IMG/VR virus record: IMGVR_UViG_3300005076_000002
Span: 128,001 to 192,000 of that record
Length of the DNA stretch: 64,000 nucleotides
Origin: a virus
Taxonomy: Duplodnaviria; Caudoviricetes
Strand: one strand, 5' to 3'
The notes under the pieces are model-generated. The model did not search any database. It saw only the letters and a program-made list of their open reading frames with translations, and was not told the origin of the DNA. Shown here piece by piece: positions 1 through 8,978 of the stretch (the first letter of the stretch is position 1; each line of letters opens with the position of its first letter). The position numbers were made by a program, and so were the translations under genes.

Positions 1-1293
1 CAAATCGATGTAATAATTAGATCCAACCTCCCGACGTTAAAAGGACTCCCGCAGTTCGAGTACGATATGACGTTGCGAATTGGCAAGATGCAGTTTAATG
101 TAAGCCGTGTTATCGCCAAGACTACTCGCGAACATTATCTTGCAGCGTTATTTGAAGTGGTCCTTGTTACCGTCATCATGACGCCGTCACAGCTGGCCCA
201 GTTGGTCCTTCCGGGTCATGCCAATATTCAAGCGACGTTAATCAAGCGTCGCTCGGATGGCAGTAATAAGGTCATTACGAAGTATCGCGCTATCATGACC
301 GATAATGCTAACCCGATGCTCATGGGTAATAACGCAGACGCCTCACGAACGTCTGAGATGGACATGCAATCGGTCTCGGTAGTGACGTTCCAACTCATCC
401 GCGCGGTTAATTACGACTTACGCCTGCGTCGCTTCGCAGGTATTGTCTTTAAGAATACAACCCCCATTAAGGTACTCCAGCATCTCCTTGCCGTTAATAT
501 GCTCAAGGATGAATATGAGCAGACGGAAACCGTAGCCGCCATCTCCACCGAGGAAGGTTTCGTTGAGAAGAAATACCCGTCCATCGAAATCAAAGAAAGT
601 CTGGAGCTTATGAAGCTGCCTGACATGCTGCAAAACAACTATGGTATTTATAACCAAGGGTTGGGCTGCTACTTCAAAAACAGAAAGTGGCATATCTTCG
701 CACCTTTCGGTTTAGCCAAACACTCCGCAGCTGGAAACAAGATCGTCATTATAAACGCTCCTGCTAACCGCTGGAGAGGTTCTGAGATAAACTATAAGGT
801 AGAGGGCCGTACGCTTACGATCCTCGCCACGGGCGAAACCACGCACGTTAAATCGGCAGACCGCGAAGCACTCAACGGAGGCACCGGTGTTCGTTATGCC
901 GATATCAACTCGTTAGACTACACACCGGAGTCTGATGATCCCAGATCTTCACCCAAAGACTATATGTCGGAGTACGTATCCAGTAACTACGATTCTGGAT
1001 ACCATAACGCCCCGATGATTGATACTGGATTTACCGGTAATCCGGCGGTACATGCCAGTGCATTGGCCGCTCGTGGTGGGGATATCGTTGAAGTAGTATG
1101 GGAGCGTGGGGATATCGATCTACTGACTCCTGGAGCAGCAGTCCGCTTCATTACGCAAAATGGTCCAGGTATTCGTGATCTTCAAGGTACGCTGATTGGC
1201 GCTGAGGAGCACAGTAATGTGCCTGAGGGCGGGATGGTAGAATTACGACACGTAGCCATGGTTAAACTTACACTATTCATCAAGAAAGTGTAA
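1..1293 (+). CDS. phiKZ-like virion structural protein (possible baseplate-hub-like), possibly 5'-truncated by the window
   Basis: Frame is open from base 1 through the 67..1293 ORF; LQNNYGIYNQGLGCYF motif recalls jumbo-phage virion proteins; function inferred. Confidence 0.5.
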   Translation, partial: QIDVIIRSNLPTLKGLPQFEYDMTLRIGKMQFNVSRVIAKTTREHYLAALFEVVLVTVIMTPSQLAQLVLPGHANIQATLIKRRSDGSNKVITKYRAIMTDNANPMLMGNNADASRTSEMDMQSVSVVTFQLIRAVNYDLRLRRFAGIVFKNTTPIKVLQHLLAVNMLKDEYEQTETVAAISTEEGFVEKKYPSIEIKESLELMKLPDMLQNNYGIYNQGLGCYFKNRKWHIFAPFGLAKHSAAGNKIVIINAPANRWRGSEINYKVEGRTLTILATGETTHVKSADREALNGGTGVRYADINSLDYTPESDDPRSSPKDYMSEYVSSNYDSGYHNAPMIDTGFTGNPAVHASALAARGGDIVEVVWERGDIDLLTPGAAVRFITQNGPGIRDLQGTLIGAEEHSNVPEGGMVELRHVAMVKLTLFIKKV

Positions 1294-1344
1294 AAAATAA
1301 CATGGCTGTGCATTATTTGAACAACCACAGAAGAGTACAGAAAA

Positions 1345-2130
1345 ATGATTGAACATGTACTGAATTGCAACATCTTCTCCGACCCGGTAGTGGCTGCCCG
1401 TGTATGGCCCCTCCTTGGTATTGATGCCAAGGCGTTCCATACGCTGCATGCTCTGCATCTCAATGCAGACAACGTAGTCGTGAAAGGAGCACTGAAAGGT
1501 GAAGACGGCAAACCCGGCCGTTCTGGAAAAGAAGTGATTCACTTCACTGACGCTGAAGCGCGTAACGTTTACGTACGCGGTATCCGCATCATTGAAGCTG
1601 CCCGTAACGCACTGTGCGAAGTAGAAACCCGCCAGTTCGTTGACACGGTGATCCTCCAGCTCCTGCAAAACAATCTGCTCATCGAGTATGAAGTAGTAGA
1701 TCTGCTGACTCGTGAAATGATTGCTTCGCAAGATGCCGAAGTAGTTGAGATCTCCGCTCTTTACCCGCTTCACATCCTGCGCCAAGAACATGCCGGTTTC
1801 CGTTGCCTGGATGAACTGATGGTACGCCACTTCTTCGAAGAAGGTGTCGGTACCGGTGAAGAGAAGTTCTATCTGCGCCACTTCCCGGTCGTGATCATCG
1901 GCAACATGATCTCTTTCAACCAGCATCTGCCGGTCCCTACGCTCGCCAGCGACAACGTGCGCTTTGAGCCGGATAACCAGCCTGTACGTACCGGTGCTAT
2001 CAAGTGGGTTGCCAATGGCAAGGCCCGCTGCATCAAGGGTCGTAACAATACCTGGATTGGCTTTGCAGCCGATGGTACCAAGTACACCCTCTCACTCCAC
2101 GGTGCTGTTGCGGACGAAACGTCTAAATAA
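1345..2130 (+). CDS. hypothetical protein
   Basis: 261-aa ORF with strong codon bias typical of highly expressed genes; no family recognised. Confidence 0.8.
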   Translation: MIEHVLNCNIFSDPVVAARVWPLLGIDAKAFHTLHALHLNADNVVVKGALKGEDGKPGRSGKEVIHFTDAEARNVYVRGIRIIEAARNALCEVETRQFVDTVILQLLQNNLLIEYEVVDLLTREMIASQDAEVVEISALYPLHILRQEHAGFRCLDELMVRHFFEEGVGTGEEKFYLRHFPVVIIGNMISFNQHLPVPTLASDNVRFEPDNQPVRTGAIKWVANGKARCIKGRNNTWIGFAADGTKYTLSLHGAVADETSK

Positions 2131-2206
2131 AAACAGCGTTGTCTAGTATATGAACGAGAAGGTTCGCTTCTCGAAAACCAACCAAAAAAATCAAAAGGAC
2201 TATGTC

Positions 2207-2677
2207 ATGGGTTTCTTCGACCGTTTGAAAGGTAAAGCAAAAGACACTACCAAAGCTGCCGTTAAGCTGAACAACAAAGATCTGGTAGAGGCACTGACCG
2301 GCTCCCTGGCTCTGATCGTCATGGCCGACGGTACTGCCGACGAGAAAGAAGTTGCCAAGGTTAAAGGCCTGCTGCGCACCAACAAGAACGTTGCCGACTA
2401 CGTCAACGAAGTCGAGCGCATGTTCGACAAGTTCATCGAGCGTCTGCAAGCTGGCTTCCGCACCGGCCGCCAAGAAATCCTGCTGGAGATCTCCCAGGTC
2501 AAGGGCAACAAGTTCGACGCCGAATCCGTTCTGTTGAACGCTATCGAAGTGGCCGAAGCCTCCTGCGACGAGCCGACCGAAGAGAACCCGAACCCGGAGA
2601 AGATCTCCGACGACGAAGTGAAAGTGCTGGAAGCCATCGCCAAGGCACTGGACCTGCGTCTGGAAGACCACCTGTAA
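2207..2677 (+). CDS. terB: TerB-family (tellurite resistance) protein
   Basis: AAGGA RBS then MGFFDRLK; motifs ALIVMADGTADEKE and ISDDEVKVLEAIAKALDL are typical of TerB. Confidence 0.8.
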   Translation: MGFFDRLKGKAKDTTKAAVKLNNKDLVEALTGSLALIVMADGTADEKEVAKVKGLLRTNKNVADYVNEVERMFDKFIERLQAGFRTGRQEILLEISQVKGNKFDAESVLLNAIEVAEASCDEPTEENPNPEKISDDEVKVLEAIAKALDLRLEDHL

Positions 2678-2700
2678 TCCGGCCGGTAACGGTAAAAGAG

Positions 2701-2726
2701 CCGAGGGGCAATGCCCCTCGGTTTTT
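2701..2726 (+). terminator. intrinsic terminator
   Basis: CCGAGGGGC-AAT-GCCCCTCGG followed by a T tract. Confidence 0.85.
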
Positions 2727-2753
2727 ATGTCATATCTTATGTAGGAACTTTCC

Positions 2754-2789
2754 ATGACCTACGGATTCGATTCGAGTCCAGTTGCCTGA
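2754..2789 (+). other. candidate 11-codon minigene (MTYGFDSSPVA) or small structured RNA in its own transcription unit
   Basis: TATG motif at 2738-2741, AGGA RBS 7 nt before the ATG, flanked by two terminators. Confidence 0.35.
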
Positions 2790-2804
2790 CATAGTACCGT
2801 TTCC

Positions 2805-2832
2805 GAGAGGGCGAAAGCCCTCTCCTTTTTTT
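2805..2832 (+). terminator. intrinsic terminator
   Basis: GAGAGGGC-GAAA-GCCCTCTC plus T run. Confidence 0.85.
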
Positions 2833-2841
2833 GTCTTTTAT

Positions 2842-2874
2842 CTAAAATCTTTTCAGACATATATTACAATAGTG
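2842..2874 (+). promoter_or_regulatory. putative early (virion RNAP) promoter
   Basis: TTTCAGACATATATTACAATAGTG; contains TATATTAC, the phiKZ early-promoter core; motif recurs across the window. Confidence 0.7.
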
Positions 2875-2921
2875 ACATTGGATATTAATCCTGCTATAAG
2901 CATCTCAATCTAGGAGCTATC

Positions 2922-3032
2922 ATGAAAGTTGTATCTAAGAAACGTGCACGTATTGAAATTATCTGCGGCTTGATGTCTATCCCGGCATCCTTCGGTCTGT
3001 TCTACTGGATGGCTGTACTGGCTACTAACTAA
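2922..3032 (+). CDS. small membrane protein (36 aa; not in ORF track)
   Basis: AGGAG RBS; MKVVSKKRARIEIICGLMSIPASFGLFYWMAVLATN; basic N-terminus then hydrophobic helix. Confidence 0.65.
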   Translation: MKVVSKKRARIEIICGLMSIPASFGLFYWMAVLATN

Positions 3033-3042
3033 GGAGAGAATC

Positions 3043-3378
3043 ATGCTGCAAGTAACCGGTTTTGAAAGTCGCCCAATCGTAGGACGCGGCAACGTCGTAG
3101 TAATGCGCACTATGCTTGTAAGTGAGCGTTGCTTAACTATGATGGAAGGTAAGACCTGTGTAGGCGGGGTGGTGCTCGACAATGTGACTATCGACCGCCA
3201 GCCAGACCTGGGACTTATTGCACTGTTAAAGCGCATTGAGACATTCAAAGATGATCTCAATTCCTCTGACTCTGGCTTAGGCCACCTCTACATGATGGAG
3301 GTTAATAAGCTAGACCGTGCCGACGTAGGCGCGTTTGCTGTAGAGGCAGCCAAACTGTATTACAAATATAAGGGATAA
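3043..3378 (+). CDS. hypothetical protein
   Basis: AAGGAG RBS, operon packing. Confidence 0.75.
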   Translation: MLQVTGFESRPIVGRGNVVVMRTMLVSERCLTMMEGKTCVGGVVLDNVTIDRQPDLGLIALLKRIETFKDDLNSSDSGLGHLYMMEVNKLDRADVGAFAVEAAKLYYKYKG

Positions 3379-3381
3379 AAG

Positions 3382-3948
3382 ATGTATTTAATTCAGGGAT
3401 ATTTCTGGAAAGTTATTGGTGCGTTTCGCACCAAGGTAAGCTTTGATGGGTTTGTAGAGAACAAGCCAGAAGAGGTCGATGGCCACGTCGTCATCGACGA
3501 CATCCCATTCCCAAAAGAGCAGATCACACTGCTCACCGAAGTACAGATCAGCGGTGTTAAGCCGCTGGATCTTTGCAAACTAATGGGTGTGGCTGTACGC
3601 ACGCCCGTGAAAGAGATAGTGAAGGGCACTCTCTTTGATGAAGAATTCAAGGAGATGCGTAAGCGCATTAATGCGGTTATCACTGCCGAGCGCGGTGCCA
3701 AGCGCATCATCGATCGCGACAGTATGATGCAGCGCGTGGATGAGATTATCGACTTTGGCCGTGCGGTCATTGCTAGCGATACCAAGTCCGGCAACTATTC
3801 GACCGCGCGCATTACAGCCGATGGCACGATGGCTAAACTGAACGCGGTCTTAGTTGAGGTATATGACGCCCCAACTAAATCACAAGCACTGCAAGGGTAC
3901 AAGTCGTACTCTGAAGCGATGATGGCCAAAGGCTATAGCTATAACTAA
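3382..3948 (+). CDS. hypothetical protein
   Basis: ORF tightly packed in operon. Confidence 0.75.
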   Translation: MYLIQGYFWKVIGAFRTKVSFDGFVENKPEEVDGHVVIDDIPFPKEQITLLTEVQISGVKPLDLCKLMGVAVRTPVKEIVKGTLFDEEFKEMRKRINAVITAERGAKRIIDRDSMMQRVDEIIDFGRAVIASDTKSGNYSTARITADGTMAKLNAVLVEVYDAPTKSQALQGYKSYSEAMMAKGYSYN

Positions 3949-3989
3949 TTCCGTGCTATAAGCACAATTGCATTCATTAGGAGCGTACC

Positions 3990-4376
3990 ATGAAAAACAA
4001 AACCTTTAAACAAATGATCGCCGATATCAGTTTGTCACCTGTAGTACGGTACAATCGCGCTGCTAGAGCGCGCGGAGCTAAACTGATCGATCGCCTCACT
4101 GCCGACTCAGTCCTGGTGTATAACGCTGGAAGTGGTGTCCCTTCTCTGGAGGGTTATCACAAACCGACCGCCTTCCCGGCCCCCGCATACCTCTACCATG
4201 GTAAGCAATTTAAGGTTAAAGTCTGGCGCCATGAAGGTGCCGAGAGTTGGCCTGTGGTGTTGGATGTTAAGGTCGACATACTCGACCCGACTTCCATGTG
4301 GAGCGAAGCATTGGTCAAGACCAATGAGAAGGAGTTCCGCATCATCCGGCACGGTACATTCTTCAGTCACCTCTGA
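3990..4376 (+). CDS. hypothetical protein
   Basis: AGGAG RBS. Confidence 0.75.
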   Translation: MKNKTFKQMIADISLSPVVRYNRAARARGAKLIDRLTADSVLVYNAGSGVPSLEGYHKPTAFPAPAYLYHGKQFKVKVWRHEGAESWPVVLDVKVDILDPTSMWSEALVKTNEKEFRIIRHGTFFSHL

Positions 4377-4386
4377 GTGACAGCAT

Positions 4387-4422
4387 AAAAAGAAGAGGGC
4401 TTTCGCCCCCTTCTTTTTTTTT
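4387..4422. terminator. bidirectional terminator between convergent genes
   Basis: A-rich run, GAAGAGGGC-TTTC-GCCCCCTTC, T-rich run. Confidence 0.75.
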
Positions 4423-4425
4423 GTG

Positions 4426-5955
4426 TTAGAACGACAATCCGCCCAAGAAGTCATCAGTCTCATTAGCGATTTTATCGGCATTGACCGACGGGAGCATTGT
4501 ATCAATGTCCCCTTCCACGTCCCACGGCAGCGTACCAACGTCTGCAAACTTCAATACGCCGTAACGATGCTTGATAGGAGTGTCCACCAGAGTACGGTGC
4601 TTACCACGTTGAATTTCCAGATACGCAGTGTCACCTTTCTCGGTAATGCCGATATACAGTTCCAAGTCAGCTTCGTTATCGATGGTAGTACAGCCATCGA
4701 ACATGCCACGCCCAGGCAACAGTCTGACGTATTTGTCAGGATCCATAGCCTTCAACGCCTTTGCTGCCGGAGAAAGCTGGTGAGGAGAAATAACCACCAT
4801 CTTACGCACGGCGCCAGTGTTACGTGCACGACGATATGTCTCACGAACTTCACTACCTACCGTACCATTCCCCAGACCCACCTTATTGGCAACGCCCAGA
4901 TAGTCAATACGGGAAGCGACCACCTGATAGCCCTGACGCTCATAGAAGTTAACGACCATCTTAAAGGTTTCGATAGAGAAGTCAGTAGAGACGTGACGTT
5001 CGAATACATATTCCCAACCGTTGCGTTGCAGACGCTCGCGAATGAACTTCTCAGCTTCCTGAGGATCAACCTTATGCAGGTCAATCATCTCACCGGACTC
5101 ATACTCCTTGATCATCTTATAGGCCAAGGGGATATTCACCGACAGCTCGTTCTCAAGCGAGATGTCTAAGAACAGACCACGCTTACCTTCTTCAACGAAG
5201 TCCTTGGCATGGTTGAATAGACACATACTGAGGAAGAGAGAAAGCGAGAATGTTGTCTTAGCATTATGCGGCAGTGCAGGAATGATGATCAACTCACCCG
5301 GAGAGATACCGCCCTTGATACCGAGCATTCGGTTCATACCGATCCATCCGGTACGATAGGATGCGCCGGAAAGTTCTTTTTTTGTCTGTTCAAATACGCC
5401 AGCGAAACCACCTTCCCCTGCGGTGCTCACGGCACCCACAAAACTGGACGGACGATCGTTGGTAGGCGGTCGATCAAATACAGCCAGCTGCTCTCTGAGC
5501 TGCGCTACTGCATCCATTGTATTGGTAGAGCCATCATTGTTGCTCAAAGCAAACATGGCCATGTTAATTTGCCGACGGAGGTTAATCCTAGCGGTAAACA
5601 TTTCCAGCTGAGGTACTAGCGATGCAACAGTGGCACGTGCTTCATCAGCTGGGGTATCGACCTCCAATACGTCAGTGATGGATTTGAGAGTACCAGTGTC
5701 AAACGGACAGCTAATACGGAAACCGTTCAAGAATTGCTTCCTGTCCCACTTGGCAGAATTACCGATGATCTCATTGATGTAATGACGAAGATAAACCAGC
5801 GATGCACGGTCATCGCCCTCACCTACGAGATCGGGCAGTTTGATTGCATTAATGACACTTTTTATGAGAGGGTAGTGTGCCCCAACCTCATCTCCGCTGA
5901 GAGATTCGCAGTGGATGATATTGAGGCAGTTAACTAATGCGATTTTTTCTTCCAT
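4426..5955 (-). CDS. dnaB: DnaB-like replicative helicase (phiKZ gp118-like)
   Basis: Variant Walker A ALPHNAKT, ISLEN, RIDY Walker B, SPHQLS and QRGKHR motifs; divergent from the capsid operon as in phiKZ. Confidence 0.85.
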   Translation of the reverse strand: MEEKIALVNCLNIIHCESLSGDEVGAHYPLIKSVINAIKLPDLVGEGDDRASLVYLRHYINEIIGNSAKWDRKQFLNGFRISCPFDTGTLKSITDVLEVDTPADEARATVASLVPQLEMFTARINLRRQINMAMFALSNNDGSTNTMDAVAQLREQLAVFDRPPTNDRPSSFVGAVSTAGEGGFAGVFEQTKKELSGASYRTGWIGMNRMLGIKGGISPGELIIIPALPHNAKTTFSLSLFLSMCLFNHAKDFVEEGKRGLFLDISLENELSVNIPLAYKMIKEYESGEMIDLHKVDPQEAEKFIRERLQRNGWEYVFERHVSTDFSIETFKMVVNFYERQGYQVVASRIDYLGVANKVGLGNGTVGSEVRETYRRARNTGAVRKMVVISPHQLSPAAKALKAMDPDKYVRLLPGRGMFDGCTTIDNEADLELYIGITEKGDTAYLEIQRGKHRTLVDTPIKHRYGVLKFADVGTLPWDVEGDIDTMLPSVNADKIANETDDFLGGLSF

Positions 5956-5977
5956 TGTAGAAACCCAAGGAAATGTT

Positions 5978-6565
5978 ATGGCAGATTTAATTTATGTGCC
6001 AGATTGGATGGATAGCTACTTGTCTGAGCAGGGGCTTTCCTATGATCATCTGGCGGCGATGAATTCTTCTAATCCTATAGTAAATCGACTGGATGTAATT
6101 AATTACCATGTTGCTCAAGTCGAATTTGCTAAATTGTTGGCATATGATACCGCCACTCGCGGTTTGCCCTCAAATGTTGACAATATCTATGAAGATATAC
6201 TCGGTGCGATGAAATTGCATCCGTCGAGGGATGTCGAAACTTCTGTCCAGGTTAACCTTGCGAAAGGTAAGCGTGATATCAACTTTGGCTGTCTTGTACA
6301 AGGCGCCACCGGCCCTAGCAATCTGTCGTTTAAATACGAGGCCAGCTCGACCGGCAAGATTGTTTATATTATAGGGATGTGCTGTGTCCAAGCATCTGGC
6401 GAGGACTGTACGGTTTCTGAGATTTCTCGATCGGTTATGAAAGGGGTTCTGGAGGCTGCTCATGGCAGTCTGCGAGTCTATTCAGGGCAGGTCGATAAGT
6501 CGACGGTACTTCGCGAGAATCCAGTTCTCGCCACATTCTATGTGAACAGTTTGTTAGCAAGCTAG
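5978..6565 (+). CDS. conserved protein upstream of the capsid gene (phiKZ gp119-like position)
   Basis: AAGGA RBS before MADLIYVP; synteny. Confidence 0.65.
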   Translation: MADLIYVPDWMDSYLSEQGLSYDHLAAMNSSNPIVNRLDVINYHVAQVEFAKLLAYDTATRGLPSNVDNIYEDILGAMKLHPSRDVETSVQVNLAKGKRDINFGCLVQGATGPSNLSFKYEASSTGKIVYIIGMCCVQASGEDCTVSEISRSVMKGVLEAAHGSLRVYSGQVDKSTVLRENPVLATFYVNSLLAS

Positions 6566-6616
6566 CGCTAACGTCAACATAGCCCTTACTTAATTAAGTA
6601 GAAAAGGAAACTCCTG

Positions 6617-7627
6617 ATGGCAAAGATCAATAAAACGACCATTCTCAGCAACAACGCCGCGTCTCTGAACGACGAAGGCCTGGTTAAGCACCTGGTCGGT
6701 ATGGAGAACTTCAACGAGTACGCCCCGCGCGCTACCGTTGGCGACTCCATCAGCCAGACCCTGGAATCCACCCTGCACAAAGAGCTCGGCCTGCGTGAAG
6801 GTGGTTTCACCAAGGCACAGCTGGAAGCTGCTTCCATCGTAGCCATGGCCTCTGCTGACCCGGTTGCCTACGCCCAAACCGCGATGAACACCCAGTTCGC
6901 CGGTCTGGAGTCTGGCCAGATCGATGCCCCGATGGTCATTGGCGGTTCCTTCGGCCACGCTGACGTGTTCAGTGGTCAGTCTGTTGGTCTGGAATACTTC
7001 AACGAGACCTCCCTGGATACCCACATGGCTACCTCGCTGGTGTTCAACCTGCAAGCTGCCCGCCAGGACGAGTTCTGCGAAGCGTTCTTCCGCACCATCA
7101 CCATCGACCCGTCCGAGTGTGGCATGTTGGTGGAAATCAACAAGACCATGGTTCACCGCGCCGTTCGCCACGCGATCAACGCCAAGGACAGCCAGCCGTA
7201 CGAGCGTCGTAACGTCCTGGATGCGGCCACCGACTTCTCCGTTCTGGAAGATCGTGCCGTAGACTTCGTGCCCTACTTCAACGTAGACGGCAGCCGTGAC
7301 GACGAGTTCTGCCCGGCCAGCCTGCACCAGCCGGTCGTACGTCGTGTTGAAAACGCACACATCCGTACCAACCCGCTGCGCTTCACCGCGAAAGACAAGC
7401 GCCTGATGGAGCTGTCTGCTCACCCCGGCCTGGTAACTTCCGGTATCCTGGACGAGTCCGACGAATTCGACGGCCGCGTTGCTCTGGAAAACCTGTACAT
7501 CCTGGCCAAGAAGAAAGGCGAAGACGACAGCAAGGGTAAACTGCTGAAGTTCCAAACTGGCATGCTGGCCCGTGCGTCCTTCAACAAGTCCCAGGAAGGC
7601 GATGGTCGCGAGATGTCCCTTCCGTAA
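6617..7627 (+). CDS. major capsid protein, N-terminal part (phiKZ gp120-like); frame breaks at about 7620
   Basis: Very strong codon bias; FNLQAARQDEFCEAFFRTI motif; G-x-E prohead-protease-type sites (GME30, GLE98, GLE126). Confidence 0.85.
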   Translation: MAKINKTTILSNNAASLNDEGLVKHLVGMENFNEYAPRATVGDSISQTLESTLHKELGLREGGFTKAQLEAASIVAMASADPVAYAQTAMNTQFAGLESGQIDAPMVIGGSFGHADVFSGQSVGLEYFNETSLDTHMATSLVFNLQAARQDEFCEAFFRTITIDPSECGMLVEINKTMVHRAVRHAINAKDSQPYERRNVLDAATDFSVLEDRAVDFVPYFNVDGSRDDEFCPASLHQPVVRRVENAHIRTNPLRFTAKDKRLMELSAHPGLVTSGILDESDEFDGRVALENLYILAKKKGEDDSKGKLLKFQTGMLARASFNKSQEGDGREMSLP

Positions 7628-8813
7628 TGCGCACTTCACCATTACCAAGGACACCAAGGCCGTTGACAACTCCGACGTTCCTGCCCTGGAAGAACTGGGT
7701 GCCAACAAGTACACCCTGATCGTGACCGTTCGCGTGAACGCCAACGTCAACCTCCAGACCGGTATCGAATCCGCCATGGTTTCCAGCGTAACCATCGTTG
7801 GCCTGCGTGACGAAGCTGGTAAAGACATCTCCTGGACCGACGGCGCCGGTAAGCAAATCGTCGATGGTATCGATCTGGCGGGCTACTGCTACGATTACAA
7901 GATGACTCGCTCCAACAGCAACCGTCGTTCCAAGGGCCTGCTGGTTGACTCCGTCACCGAGCGCGAGCGTTACAAGATTCAGCTGGGCTCCCCGATCACT
8001 TCCCGTAAGCCGGTCGGCCGCACTGACAACAACGCTGCTCTGAACGACCTGATCACTACCGCCCGGATGCGCAACAACAACCTGGCCATCACCAAGCTGC
8101 TGAACTACACCGAGCAGCTGGACCAAGTTGTTCAAGGCATCACCAACGATTACGAAATTCCGTCTATCGAAGGTGCCGGTCGTCACTACATCCGCCCGTG
8201 GTTCGAGCGTGTGACCTTTGACGCCCAGAAACAGACCGCTGCACTCCAGTCCGACGACGTGCCGAACGCTCTGCGTGCTGCACTGCTGACCGTACTGCGT
8301 GATCAAGTTGTCCGTGCCTACCAAGAGTCCCGCTTCCAGCCGGCTCTGGAAATGCTCTCCGGTTACACCATCAGCAAGCCCTTGGTGATCATCGGTACCG
8401 ACATCACCACCGGTAACTGGCTGTGGGAGAAAGGCGATCTGCGTACCCTGGGCGACCAGTTCAAGTACAAGATCGTTACCACCACCGACTTCCGCTTCAA
8501 CGGTCGTCTCCAGTGGGTCTTCTCCGTAGGTGAAGAAGGTTACAGCTGCCTGAACTTCGGTAACTTCCTGTGGGTGCCGGAGCTGGTGACCGACACCAAC
8601 CTGACCCGTAACGACGCCGTAGCGAACGAAATCACCGTTCAACCGCGTTGCTACCACGTTGTTAACTGCCCGATCACCGGCGTGATCATGGTTGTAGGTC
8701 TGTCCGACTACGTCACCAGCAAGCCGTCCATCGGTGTTCAGCGCATGACCGCCCTGGGTGGCGTCATCGAAGACAACGTGATCGAAACTCCGGTTGGTCC
8801 TACCACTCCGTAA
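7620..8813 (+). CDS. major capsid protein, C-terminal part (+1 frame relative to the N-terminal part)
   Basis: Codon bias continues in the +1 frame; TRSNSNRRSKGLLVD, VIIGTD, LNFGNFLWVPEL, TVQPR motifs; joined length about 730 aa. Confidence 0.85.
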   Translation, partial: FRNAHFTITKDTKAVDNSDVPALEELGANKYTLIVTVRVNANVNLQTGIESAMVSSVTIVGLRDEAGKDISWTDGAGKQIVDGIDLAGYCYDYKMTRSNSNRRSKGLLVDSVTERERYKIQLGSPITSRKPVGRTDNNAALNDLITTARMRNNNLAITKLLNYTEQLDQVVQGITNDYEIPSIEGAGRHYIRPWFERVTFDAQKQTAALQSDDVPNALRAALLTVLRDQVVRAYQESRFQPALEMLSGYTISKPLVIIGTDITTGNWLWEKGDLRTLGDQFKYKIVTTTDFRFNGRLQWVFSVGEEGYSCLNFGNFLWVPELVTDTNLTRNDAVANEITVQPRCYHVVNCPITGVIMVVGLSDYVTSKPSIGVQRMTALGGVIEDNVIETPVGPTTP

Positions 8814-8841
8814 GATCTACGTCGATGTAAAATAAAAAGAT

Positions 8842-8875
8842 GAGCTGGGGGAAACCCCAGCTCTTTTCTTTTTTG
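8842..8875 (+). terminator. intrinsic terminator after capsid gene
   Basis: GAGCTGGGG-GAAA-CCCCAGCTC plus T-rich tail. Confidence 0.85.
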
Positions 8876-8934
8876 TGTTTTGTCTTATTATTTACAGGGA
8901 TATACATGGTATGTAAACTGCCACCCTCACTTGT

Positions 8935-8964
8935 AAAAATATTGAAACATATATTATTAAAGTG
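8935..8964 (+). promoter_or_regulatory. putative early promoter for the nvRNAP-subunit operon
   Basis: TTGAAACATATATTATTAAAGTG matches the recurring motif. Confidence 0.6.
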
Positions 8965-8978
8965 ATGGAGGTTGTATA

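Noticed and set aside
2726-2800. tRNA gene (TTCGA motifs, CAT in a loop, 7-bp outer stem)
   Set aside because: No D-arm, loop sizes are wrong for anticodon and T arms, and no CCA end; kept only as an unclassified candidate
7572-7619. Listed start of the 413-aa ORF (MRPSTSPRKAMVARCP)
   Set aside because: Out-of-frame overlap with the capsid N-terminal part; codon bias favours the other frame until about 7620
6590-8657. Long antisense ORFs (412 and 358 aa) opposite the capsid gene; similar ones at 13708-15339, 19055-20041, 26807-27646 and 34277-34906
   Set aside because: Expected shadows of strongly biased codon usage on the coding strand; no RBS or protein-like motifs
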